A stretch of DNA of 11,923 bases from Paraspadella gotoi (GCA_051294375.1 JBJCIZ010000328.1:1-11923), one strand, 5' to 3'; counted from the first letter of the stretch, positions 1 to 9,030 are shown. Notes: generated by a model from the letters alone, not told the origin. A program made the numbers and translations.

Positions 1-51
1 CGCTTGAGTCGAAAAGTTCGTAGATGACGACCCAAATGACGCCGTACCATC
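1..51 (-). CDS. MCT-like gene exon 8 (partial, continues beyond window)
   Basis: CTCTCCTTCTAG| acceptor, phase matches exon 7; (G)WYGVIWVVIYELFDSS. Confidence 0.85.
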
Positions 52-2701
52 CTAGAAGGAGAGATTAAGATTAAGAGTTTAAGATTAAGAGATTAAGATT
101 AAAAGATCAAGATTAATAAATTAAAATTAAGAGATTAAGATTAAGAGATTAATATTAAGAGATTAAGATTAAGAGATTAAGATTAAGAATAAAAGATTAA
201 TATTGAGATTAAGAGATTAAGATTAAGAGATTAAGATTAAGAGATTACGATTAAGATTAAGAGATTAAGATTAAGATTAAGAGATTAAGACTCAAATGTT
301 GATCCAAGAGGATGAGGTTAAATTTGAAGTCGGGTATTGCAATATAACGCCGCCTAAAAGCATGATAGCCATGATGACCTTCAGTCGTGACCCGGTAGCT
401 CGTTAAGAAATACCGAGATTGATCCCAAAGGTACCTACAATCCGGGAAGCGTGAGGGGACTAGGGAGACTTGGTAACCCCCCAAGCCTGATTCCAAGCCC
501 AGGACCCGTAACGGAATACCACTGCTGCTCAGGGGGCTCAGAAGTAGTCTTCAGTTCAGTCCTCTAAGCGCCTTATCCATAAATGATTAGTTAGATTGAA
601 CTAATGTTTGTTTGGTAATTTAAACTATTGGGGTATTGGTTGATCGATTGATCGGTTGAACACTTAATTAGTAAATTTATTTGCAGGTCATTTGATTGAT
701 AAATTGATTGATTGATTAGTTTAATCATTAGATTAATTAGCCAATATATTGGTTAATAAAATTATCGAAAAAGCAAATGAATAAATTATCAGTTGATTGA
801 TTGATTGATTATCGATCTACCTTGATGACAGAATCCCAAAGAAGCGACGAGAAGCGAAATTCCAGTAAAAGATTCCACGACGAAGATGAAAAGAATTGTG
901 ATGATTAAGATGAGAATAGAGATGATGATGAAGACGATTAGTTTGCGGTTCACTGGAAAGGAGGGGGAGAAGGGGGTGAAAAAAAGGGGGGGAAAAGGGA
1001 AAGAGGAAAATGGATGAGGGAAAGGAGAATGGATAGGGGAGAATAGAAAATTAGAGATGGAGAAATGGAAAAGAGAGAGATAGTTTAAGGGATATCAGGG
1101 AAAATGGATAAAAAAAAAATTGAGAGAAAAAACTAATATTATATTTTTTAAGATCTCATCTCTAGTCACCACCATGGGACCATCTCTCTTGTCACCACCA
1201 TATTACCATTTCTCTCTTGTCACCACCATATCATCATGTCTCTTTTTATCACCACCATGTCGCCATCTCTCTTGTCACCACCATATCACCATCTCTCTTG
1301 TCACCACCGTGTCACCATCTCTTTTGTAACAACCACGTCACCTTGTCTGACTGTCTGTAGCATTACCACCTAATTCCCTTCCTCTTCTCAAAGTTTTATT
1401 CCCTCTCTTAGCCCTATCCTTAGCCTTATCATAACCCAATCCCTATCCTTATCTTAGCCCTATGCTTATGCCTATCCCTATCTTAACCTCAGTCTTATGA
1501 CCTTACCCCTCTATCCTTACCCAAAGGCCCCCAGGACATCAGAGGTCCAAACGCCAGCACGCCGATAATTCCGCCAACTCCATAAAATGACAGCGCAGTC
1601 GTTATCTGCCAAATATTATATCAAAATAAAATGCCTCCTCTTGCCAAAGGCTTTGGGGTACAATAAAGGGTTAGCGTTAAGGGGACACATTAGGGGGCAG
1701 CCAATTAAGATTCTTGATTAAAATTTTTAAGGGTAACCATATAAAAAATTATTTTTATAATATTTTAAATATTTTTAATTTGATAATAAATATTTTTTTA
1801 AAAATATAAAATGAGGCTGATTTTTTAAAATAAAATAAAATAATAAATCAATTTTTTTTAAAATATATTATTATTAATATCTAACTGTATTTGTAAAAAA
1901 AATTAGCTTATAAAATCAGTTTTTTATATTTTTATAGAAGCAATATATATATAAATAATATATATATAAATAATATTTTAAATAAAAGCTGATGGGGCTA
2001 ATTTCCCCTGAGAGCCGCCCCTCCAGCAGCACCTAGGGGAGGCCTGTGTGGGGCGACAATATATCTCGCTGCTGCACCTCTGACGGTACAGGATCGTCCG
2101 CCTGGGCGGAGCAGTTGCCAAAGGATTCGGACAACAGCGGAGAAAGAAAGACGCGCATCCCAAACATCCCGACGCTTTCGCAGAATCCGTAGACGAGGAA
2201 GAGGAGGAAGAGGCGTCGCTTGAAGAGACGTTTGAAAGTGAGGAGAGATGAGAGGAGAGAGGAGGAGGAGGAGGAAGAAGAGAAACTGGAGTAGCCTTTC
2301 GTTTTGTCTAATCTGGGCAGAGGAATTTTCTCTTCGACGGATTCATAAGATGGTGGAATGTCCGGAAATTGATTTGACGTGAGTTGGAAATTGGGACTGT
2401 GGTTACGAACGTCTTTGCCGTCACCAGGTGTCGTATTCTTGTAGTGGGTTCGATTGTTGTGGTCGTCGTGGTTAATTTCGACTGAGATTTCATCGAGTTC
2501 GAAGAGAAAGAAAGTGAAGGCGGAGATGAAAAGCCATAAAAGTCCGAGAAAGAGAATTGAAGATTTCCATCCATAACTGGAAAGAAATTTATTTAAATTT
2601 AATTTCAATCTTAATTTCAATCTTTGATCTAATTTAATTTCAGTTAATTTTAACTTTTGGTAATGCAACCTTTTTAATGATAAAGTTTTAAACCATTTTT
2701 G

Positions 2702-2772
<71 letters not shown>

Positions 2773-4283
2773 GAAGGCAAACATTATTGCCGAAACATTT
2801 CCGAAGCATGAAAATAAAATTTGTCGTTTTTCAAACAAAAGAAAAAAAATCGTTTTTTCTGATTTTTAAATTTAAATCGATATTAAAACGAAAATTAAGA
2901 TAAAATGAAGAACCTTTTGTATTTAGCATAATTGGCTAAATATGAACGGTCAAACCTGGACGTGACGGATCCGACTATGAGAGGGAAGACCATCATTCCA
3001 ACTGGTGCACCACAGTTAGAGACTGCATAAGCCAAAGCGCGATACTTATCCGTCGCTCGTCCTGTGAAGTAAAAAAAAATGTTTGTTAATTATTACTTTT
3101 TAAATTTATGTATATATTAAACTTAGATTAGGTATCAAAATCACAGAACAGCAGTTTTAAAAATGTTATCTTCAAATTCTTATTCGCGTCTTTACCAATT
3201 AAATTCATGACGAACAACATAACGGAACCAGCGCAAACAAAAGGGACGAAGCCAAGAAGACCGACAACACCGGCCGCCGACGACGCACCTAGCGACGCCG
3301 TTGTGTAACTGAAACAAATGAACGTAGACTTTGTAGTCGGGCAACATCATCATGTCATATCGATCACGATTGTAACCTTTAACGAAGCGTCGCAACTCAG
3401 CTTTTTAAGTTGATAAAGTTTTTTCTTAGCACATTTGAGCCAATAGGATTGGCTGTGGTTATGAAAATTCCGCCACAAAGGTTTAATATTTAAGTTAAAA
3501 TTAAGTTTAGGAATAAATAACGGGAATGGGGCGCTCTCGTAAAATAGTGCCCAATGTATGTGCATTAACCATTATCGGATTAATGTAAGATTAATATTGA
3601 CAATAATAATGAAACAAATGTTCTTATTTGGATCAAACTCACGTTATCGTTGCTTTTCTTGACCTTGCCTGACCTTTTATCGACTCTCTCTCTCTCTCTC
3701 TCAATCTCTCTCTTTCTCTCTCTCTTTCTCTCTCTTTTCTCTTCTTTTCTTTCTCCCTTCTCTTCTCACGTCGCGGCCAAGAACGACTCCCGTCAGAGCG
3801 AGAACTATTTGTCCAGAGAAATTCCTCAGAACGACCGCGTGAAGAGGAGAGAGAAAGTTGAACCCAAACCCGAGGCTTTGAACCAAATGAGTGTCGAGTC
3901 AGTAGGGAGAACTCGCGGCGCCAAATCTCGAAGAAGGAGCCTTTAACGTAACATAATTTTTTTTAATCCCACACATTTTAAATAAAAAAAAAAAAGTTTT
4001 AATTCGTCAAAGAATCATTCTTATTTTCGTATAATTACGCTTGTATAATTTTTTTTTTTTTAATGGGCCGTTCGCCAGCGTCGCGGTTGGAATGAGAATC
4101 ACTTACCAAGCGAGTGATTGATGCCCATCAAGAGAAACATGGAGACGAACCCGCCCACGACGATGGGAAAACTGACCAGATTGAATCTTTGGCGAAATTG
4201 GCGCGAGGAAAGAGCCGCGCCAACAGATGGCGTGATAGGGAAGGCATCGGACGCGCCAACGAAATTGAATTAAAAGATGGCAT
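1..4283 (-). CDS. Multi-exon SLC16/monocarboxylate transporter (MCT)-like MFS transporter gene, 3' end runs off the window. Exons: 4283-4107, 3940-3770, 3308-3196, 3061-2956, 2576-~2102, 1605-1521, 952-821, 51-<1
   Basis: Manual splicing gives colinear MCT-type segments: KDSIWS..PIVVGGFVSMFLLMGINHSLG|SFFEIWRREF (TM1), VQSLGFGFNFLSPLHAVVLRNF (TM2), IGRATDKYRALAYAVSNCGAPVGMMVFPLIVGSVTSSYGWKSSILFLG (matches the family motif YF.KRR.LA.G....G.G.G....P......YGWR), a long polar loop, TM7-TM10, and GWYGVIWVVIYELFDS. Splice phases agree from exon 3 to exon 8. Exons 1-2 need indel corrections. Confidence 0.9.
59..290. repeat. Intronic 14-bp tandem repeat (GAGATTAAGATTAA)n built from TTAAGA subunits
   Basis: Directly visible tandem array with minor variants. 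Confidence 0.95.
290..575 (+). mobile_element. Possible SINE fragment inside intron 7
   Basis: GC-richer, non-coding island between simple repeats. It shares the motif caagcctgatYcc-aagcYca-gg with the SINE-like element at about 6075-6100, and an exact 18-mer (491-508) with 7180-7197. Confidence 0.4.
585..815. repeat. Degenerate (TTGA/TTAA)n low-complexity tract
   Basis: Repeated gattgattgatt and ttaatta units. Confidence 0.8.
821..952 (-). CDS. MCT-like gene exon 7 (TM9-TM10)
   Basis: Long polypyrimidine tract plus CCAG| acceptor and G|GTAGAT donor; 132 nt; (V)NRKLIVFIIISILILIITILFIFVVESFTGISLLVASLGFCHQ. Confidence 0.9.
1153..1343. repeat. 26-bp minisatellite, about 7 copies (ccatctctcttgtcaccaccatatca)
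   Basis: Directly visible tandem copies in intron 6. Confidence 0.93.
1405..1520. repeat. Degenerate hexamer tract (ccctat/ccttat/cttagc)
   Basis: 6-bp periodic degenerate repeat abutting the exon 6 donor. Confidence 0.75.
1521..1605 (-). CDS. MCT-like gene exon 6 (TM8)
   Basis: TTTGGCAG| acceptor and G|GTAAGG donor; 85 nt; ITTALSFYGVGGIIGVLAFGPLMSWGPL. Confidence 0.88.
2102..2576 (-). CDS. MCT-like gene exon 5 (TM6, large cytoplasmic loop with poly-Ser, TM7); 3' boundary ambiguous (2102, 2090 or 2078)
   Basis: TTTCTTTCCAG| acceptor; (S)YGWKSSILFLGLLWLFISAFTFFLF...SSSSSSSSLLSSLLTFKRLFKRRLFLLFLVYGFCESVGMFGMRVFLSPLLSESFGNCSAQ. This is the real part of ORF 2033..2809. Confidence 0.88.
2704..2769. 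repeat. (CT)n microsatellite
   Basis: Perfect dinucleotide run in intron 4; source of the spurious RERERE translation. Confidence 0.98.
2956..3061 (-). CDS. MCT-like gene exon 4 (signature loop and TM5)
   Basis: TTTTTACTTCACAG| acceptor and AG|GTTTGA donor; 106 nt; (G)RATDKYRALAYAVSNCGAPVGMMVFPLIVGSVTS. Confidence 0.92.
3196..3308 (-). CDS. MCT-like gene exon 3
   Basis: TTTGTTTCAG| acceptor and G|GTAAAG donor; 113 nt; YTTASLGASSAAGVVGLLGFVPFVCAGSVMLFVMNLI. Confidence 0.85.
3684..3767. repeat. (CT)n-rich tract in intron 2
   Basis: Dinucleotide and pyrimidine run. Confidence 0.9.
3770..3940 (-). CDS. MCT-like gene exon 2 (TM2-TM3), three apparent 1-nt indels
   Basis: TTAAAG| acceptor and AC|GTGAGA donor. 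Reads (G)SFFEIWRREFS / TDSTLIW / VQSLGFGFNFLSPLHAVVLRNFSGQIVLALTGVVL / AAT across frame changes. The exon is 171 nt, whereas the flanking phases require 3n+4 (172). Confidence 0.75.
4107..4283 (-). CDS. MCT-like gene exon 1 (putative start and TM1), one apparent frameshift near 4165-4172
   Basis: ATG at 4283 opens MPSFNSISLARPMPSLSRHLLARLFPRANFAKDSIWSVF. A second frame continues PIVVGGFVSMFLLMGINHSL-G to a perfect G|GTAAGT donor (4107|4106). Start codon choice is uncertain. Confidence 0.75.
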
Positions 4284-4494
4284 TGAAGGGAAAAAAGAGT
4301 GACAGAAAAACGAGTGATAAAATTTTTTTAAAAAGATCGAGGGTCGAATCGAAACGACGAATACACCACCGTGGCTGCGCCAATACATGTAAATCGCTTT
4401 CAAGGGCTTAAAAAAAAATTTTAACTTATATCATTTAGGATTAAAAACACGTTAAGGTTATTAGGTAATAAAATATGGGATGTTGATTAAAGAG

Positions 4495-5542
4495 AACAAG
4501 TTTGAGCAAACAATGTCGATCTGCCCACGATCATTAGCGGTAATTAATTAATTAATTAATTAATTAATTAATATAAACTATATAAACTAAATAATAATTT
4601 GTTATTATTGTCGTCGTCGCCATCATTTCAGATCAAAATTAATTAATTTATTAATTAATTATTATTTTAGTTTATATTTATATTAATTAATTTATTAATT
4701 TGATCTGAAATGTTTGTTTTTATATTTTTTTGTCGCTGATCATGACAAAAGCAACAACGACGATGATGGCGACGATGACAATAATGCCGATAACGATTGA
4801 CTTTAGTTGATTGATTGATTGATTAAATAATTAATTAATTTATAAATAAATTGGATTTGTTTAATAATTAATTAATAGATAACTAAATTAATTCATTGAT
4901 TGAACAATTGATTGATTAATTGACCTATTGATTTATTTAATTTAATTTATTAATCAATTGACTAATAGATTAATTAACTGATTAATTATTTAATTATTAC
5001 ATCTTGCATTTACATTTAATATAAAAATAAAAAGAAGCATAATCAATTAGTGAAACATTTAAACTCATTTCCACTCAGACAATTCCATCGAAACTTTATT
5101 TCCAGCTTAATCATACACTTTCTTACCCACATACAAAATTTTAGGTCAATCGCCCCATCCACATATGAGTTATTGATGTTCAAATAGTGAAATAGATTTT
5201 TTTATTGTTTCCATTTAAACTCATTTTCACTCGCACGATTCCATCGAAACTTCGTATCCAGCTCAATCACACACTTCCCTACCCACACACAAAATTTCAT
5301 TCCAATCCATCCATCCAATCACGAGCAATTGGAGTTTTTTGCTAAGGTGGGACGGACGGACAGACAGACGGACGGATGGATGGACGGACATCGTTTTTTT
5401 TGTTTTTTTTACATAATTTATCAAAATTCGATGTTCTGACATGATATAAGTGAATGCCCGACAAAATTGAGGGGGCGGACCGACGGACCTACAAAGTGAA
5501 TTATAGAGTCGGGATCTGCTGATAAGCAGATCCGGCTAAAAA
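4495..5542 (-). mobile_element. Non-autonomous Helentron-associated element (HINE/DINE-1-like)
   Basis: One end has the hairpin ggatctgct-gata-agcagatcc (5512-5533) followed by ggctaaaaa. A (GGAC/AGAC/GGAT)n tract, i.e. (GTCY)n on the minus strand, lies at about 5350-5389. Internal tandem repeats have a period of about 156 bp. The other end has subTIR gtcgatctgc (4515-4524, inverted relative to gcagatccggc), a small hairpin gtttg-ag-caaac (4500-4511) and terminal aacaag. No TSD is evident. This matches the known DINE-1/HINE layout. Confidence 0.8.
5056..5320. repeat. About 156-bp tandem duplication inside the HINE-like element
   Basis: catttaaactcattt.cactc..ac.attccatcgaaact...ccagct.aatca.acactt...tacccaca.acaaaattt starts at both 5056 and 5212. 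Confidence 0.9.
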
Positions 5543-5551
5543 CATCTAGCG

Positions 5552-5591
5552 TGAATTAAATCTGAATTAAATCTGAATTAAATCTGAATTA
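5552..5591. repeat. 11-bp tandem repeat (tgaattaaatc), about 3.6 copies
   Basis: Directly visible. Confidence 0.9.
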
Positions 5592-5942
5592 TTAAATCTC
5601 AATTCAAGAATTAAGTTTCGCCGCCGAGAATACAAATCACAACAACAACTGTTTTTTTTTCCACAATATCGCTTAATCTGATATAACCAATCAGGGTCAA
5701 AAATAATTTAAAAAAGACAAATTGAGACGAACAAGATTTTAAAAAAATTGAGTTACTAGTTAATAGTTTAATTTCGTCTTTAAATGCCAATAAATATAAA
5801 AGAAAACAAATTATTTCTGGAGATAACAGATAATTTAATTTTTAAATAAGCACTGATCTTCAGAGACTTCTGTTTCCCTCAAAGGTGCATAACAAAATGA
5901 GACTGCTAATGGTGGACATAAAATCCGCCAACTGTTCATTTC

Positions 5943-6110
5943 AGTGGCCATTGGTGCACGGAGGCAAGTCATAATCGCCCTCCCAACACCAAAGGTCCAG
6001 GGGTTCATTGCCCGGTGTCGCCCCTAGTAGTTAAGAGGGACGGGGCGCATTAACCCGCCTGTAACACAAGAGTACAAGCCTGATCCCGAAGCTCAAGGGA
6101 CTGCTTATAT
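5943..6110 (+). mobile_element. Probable tRNA-derived SINE
   Basis: A-box-like tggccattgg/tggtgcacgg (5945-5961) and tRNA-like aaggtccaggggttcattgcccgg with a B-box-like ggttcattgcc (6002-6012), followed by a GC-rich body. It does not fold as an intact tRNA by eye. Confidence 0.5.
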
Positions 6111-6926
6111 GACGGTTCTGTCACTAAAACACATAATAATTATCACTGTCTTCTCAAAACAAAATTTAACAAAACAGTTTTTTATTATTTTATTTGGCTG
6201 AAAATCCATTCTCCTCACTCTGGCCATTATTTTCTCTTCTCTGCCTTTGAAATTCTTTTCGGCATTGAAGATGACCTTAAAAACCAAATGGTTTTCTCTT
6301 TTATTTCCAAACTACAGCAGGGATTTACATAGAACCAAATTCCAAAAAACTCGGATCCCAAACCTTTTTTTTCATAATATTTTTAATAATTTTTGATAGA
6401 GAATGACTGGAAATAATATAAAATCTTAAAGTTTAAAGTCTAAATTGACCAATGGGTTTAAGAAGAAATCGATACCAAAAACAGGAATTCTCTTTCTCTT
6501 TTTTTCAACATTCTCGGCCTATTAAGATTTTAGCAAGAATTGACTGCTGCGTAAGAAAAATAAACCTCCAAAGCCTGAACTACGTGGAGCGAACTTCCTA
6601 CTTATTCATAAACTAGCGGTAGTGTAATAATCCCCATTTTTTTATTTTACCTTTCTTTTTTTCGTTGTTGTGAGATTGAGCAAAGCAAAGTTTTTGGCGT
6701 GATTGTAAATGAAATTTATTTAAATGTCAGCAGACATGTTCGTCTTGATCAAATTCAAGCCTATCAATCAGCGTTTAACAAGTTGTGAATTGAATTAAAG
6801 GACTTTGTGGCAAAAGAAGAGTGTTGAGAGAGAAAAAGGGTAAAAATTTTCCAACACAGTAGAGACAGAATAGTGGTCAGATGTGAGGACAGGGAGATTG
6901 AGTGAGTTGTGAAAAAGAAGTGAAAC

Positions 6927-6930
<4 letters not shown>

Positions 6931-6972
<42 letters not shown>
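6931..6972. repeat. (GA)n microsatellite
   Basis: Perfect dinucleotide run. Confidence 0.98.
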
Positions 6973-6976
<4 letters not shown>

Positions 6977-7474
6977 CAGAGACAAAACTAAGGATAAATA
7001 AATAATAACAGATAACATTGGGTGCATTTAAATAAACCCAGATTGTCTCGGCCAACCCTTTTTTCTCTTTCAATTATCCGTCCGTCGCGACTCCCATTGC
7101 AGAATTTGGGAAAATTTGAACAAAGATATCATTCCCAATCGTGGACGTTGAGCCGTCATCCCAAACCTTTGCAACGTGGTTCCAAGCCCAGGACCCGCTG
7201 CCGAGAGGGACAACAGAATATACGGGATAATCGTCCTCATCCTCAGCCCACTTAGCGGCTTGACAACAAATAAATCCATATATTATAATAATTTCTGTTT
7301 AGGTTTTGATTCTGTGCGCATTACATGCCAAAGAACGCAGCAATTCTAATTTCTAATCATTACTCAACTAAATAATAAGACAAATGATTTAGTAAAGATT
7401 TAAAGTATAATTTAGCGGCAGTTCTGTTTCCTGGAGGTAAGATAATTTAAAAAGCTATCGCTTAATGAAGATAC

Positions 7475-7713
7475 TGTAGATGGCAACATAAATACACATT
7501 TATTGACAGGTTTAGATAATAGGAACAGAGAAGACATTTCAGGTACATGATTTGAAGCTGAGACTAAAAACAGAAGAGCGAGGCACTGATCAAAGTAAAG
7601 AGAGAGAGAAGAGAGAGAGAGAGAGAGTCAGTAAACCTGCTTCCCTCGCAATGCTAAAACATAGTGGCCACTCGGAGTTGACCCCGTGGTGACGAAACCT
7701 TCGTCGCCAAACA
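7475..7713 (-). repeat. LTR copy (3' LTR in element orientation)
   Basis: TGT...ACA termini, minus-strand AATAAA at 7499-7504, internal (GA)n, terminal hairpin gtggtgacgaa-acc-ttcgtcgcca. Confidence 0.85.
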
Positions 7714-7727
7714 TCCCCTCGCCCCGC
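7714..7727 (-). promoter_or_regulatory. Polypurine tract (GCGGGGCGAGGGGA|TGT); second copy at 9338-9350 (GAGGGGGCGGGGA|TGT)
   Basis: Purine-rich run immediately upstream of the LTR TGT on the minus strand in both units. Confidence 0.8.
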
Positions 7728-7729
7728 TT

Positions 7730-9030
7730 CGAAAAGTCCGAAGGAACTTGCTTCTTGATGGGTCGGTGGGACGTGGACGAGGAACAAACGTTTGTCTTGT
7801 CCGGGTTGGTGGCAAACTATCTCCGGTTGGATGGCGCCGCCGCAAACGGAGGCATAAGTTCGTAGAGGAAGCTGCCAAAAGTGGCGATGGACCCAAAGTA
7901 TCAGGAGGCAAAAGTCAAGCTTATGGGGGAGGAGAGCCGGCTGGCGTGCCGATCGTAGCCGAGATGGTGACTTAGGAAAATGGGCGGGGAAACATTTGGA
8001 GCTAATCGGTGAGGCATTGAGATGGCCCATGAGGCCTTGTGAAAAACTGAGGAGGCCGGCGGAATCCATGGGCTGGATCGTGGTTGAGGATCTGGCCGTT
8101 TGATTCATTCAGCGCCGGCCGGTGAGGTGGTGCTGCCGTCCTATGCGGGGGTAGGAGGTGTTGGCGCCGCCACGAGGTCGCGTTCCGGACAGCTCGTATT
8201 GCCGCAATGGCGACGCCAATGAGTCGTGATGGGTCATCATTTGGCAAACGATAGGCGCTGATAGCCGCGTGCATTGAGGACTCGATCGCCGCTGACATGC
8301 GCATCTGCCACATTTATTTTGCGCATGAATTGGAGTCATGGCGTGGAGACGTCAGCCGCCATTTTTGTCCCAAAGTAGCAACTTCCGCGTTGACGACATG
8401 AGATGAGTGCTGTCCCGCACGCCAGTGTCTTCGTAATTAGGAGTGTTTAGGTGACAGTAGCGGCATTCAGCGGTTAAGGATTGACTTGGTAGGCGGTAGA
8501 AGGCATTTACACATTTTGACTTTTAAAGTTTCAAGTGGAGGCGTTTGCCTCTGTCCTTGACTTTCCCCCAGCCGGGAGGGGGCTCTTTAACAAGGGCAAA
8601 GAAAAATAAGCGATGCGTTGAAGCGTAGGTGATTCCACCTTACTTGTTGATGATCTGCGTTGCCGAGGGATTGTCGTCGTATTTCTTTTTGAAAAAATCC
8701 TTTGTCAACTGTTGGAATTTCAGGTCGGCCACAAACAGATTGCAGAACATATATATTTTTCTTTTTGCTTTTGGTATGGAAAACGATGAAGTACACATGA
8801 AAAAGTTTTATTCATCATCAACAACAATTCTAATATCGCTTTCCCATTTTTCATAAAGGTTAAGGCCTTGTTTGAAAGTTTTATTTGCAAAATTTGTAAG
8901 GCCAATTGGTCGAAACCATGGTGCCTCTAAGGCCGGCTCCATCTCTTATGATTTTTAAAATTCCATCGTGAAAGATTGTACTTCTTTGGTGACACAGCAA
9001 CCACCGAGGCCTTAAAAACATTCCATATTT
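7730..9030 (-). pseudogene. Frameshift-fragmented internal ORF of the LTR element, possibly gag-like (unit 1)
   Basis: Readable fragments include HDGILKII, ADLKFQQLTKDFFKKKYDDNPSATQIINK, ECRYCH, RHWR, KCGRC, HWRRHC and a Pro/Arg-rich tail. No RT YxDD context, RNase H or integrase motif recognised. Confidence 0.45.

Noticed and set aside
1120-1329. 69-aa plus-strand ORF, and a CRISPR-like look of the repeats
   Set aside because: It is a translation of a 26-bp minisatellite; the units are contiguous with no unique spacers.
1405-1520. Interstitial telomeric repeat
   Set aside because: The hexamers are too degenerate and there is no true (TTAGGG)n run.
2577-2809. N-terminal part of the 258-aa ORF (MLRK...RERERE...)
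   Set aside because: Intronic read-through across a (CT)n microsatellite; the real exon starts at the acceptor at 2576.
3192-3565. Minus-strand ORFs 3192..3395 and 3350..3565
   Set aside because: Wrong frame or intronic; the MCT-homologous, phase-compatible frame is different.
3650-4302. Plus-strand ORFs 3650..3946 and 4114..4302
   Set aside because: Antisense shadows of exons 1-2 plus CT-repeat translation.
5810-5930. Weak similarity to 7420-7495 (ttctgtttcc, agataatttaa, acataaa)
   Set aside because: Short patchy matches in AT-rich DNA that cannot be aligned colinearly with confidence.
5943-6020. tRNA gene
   Set aside because: A/B-box-like motifs are present, but there is no consistent cloverleaf or canonical TTCGA loop; better read as a SINE head.
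6190-6280. Possible minus-strand terminal exon followed by AATAAA
   Set aside because: Short, no recognisable homology and no upstream exons identified.
7100-7275. Possible plus-strand exon (…DNRIYGIIVLILSPLSGL…) after a ttgcag acceptor
   Set aside because: All three frames hit stops, there is no clear donor or partner exons, and the resemblance to helicase or transporter motifs is too short to support.
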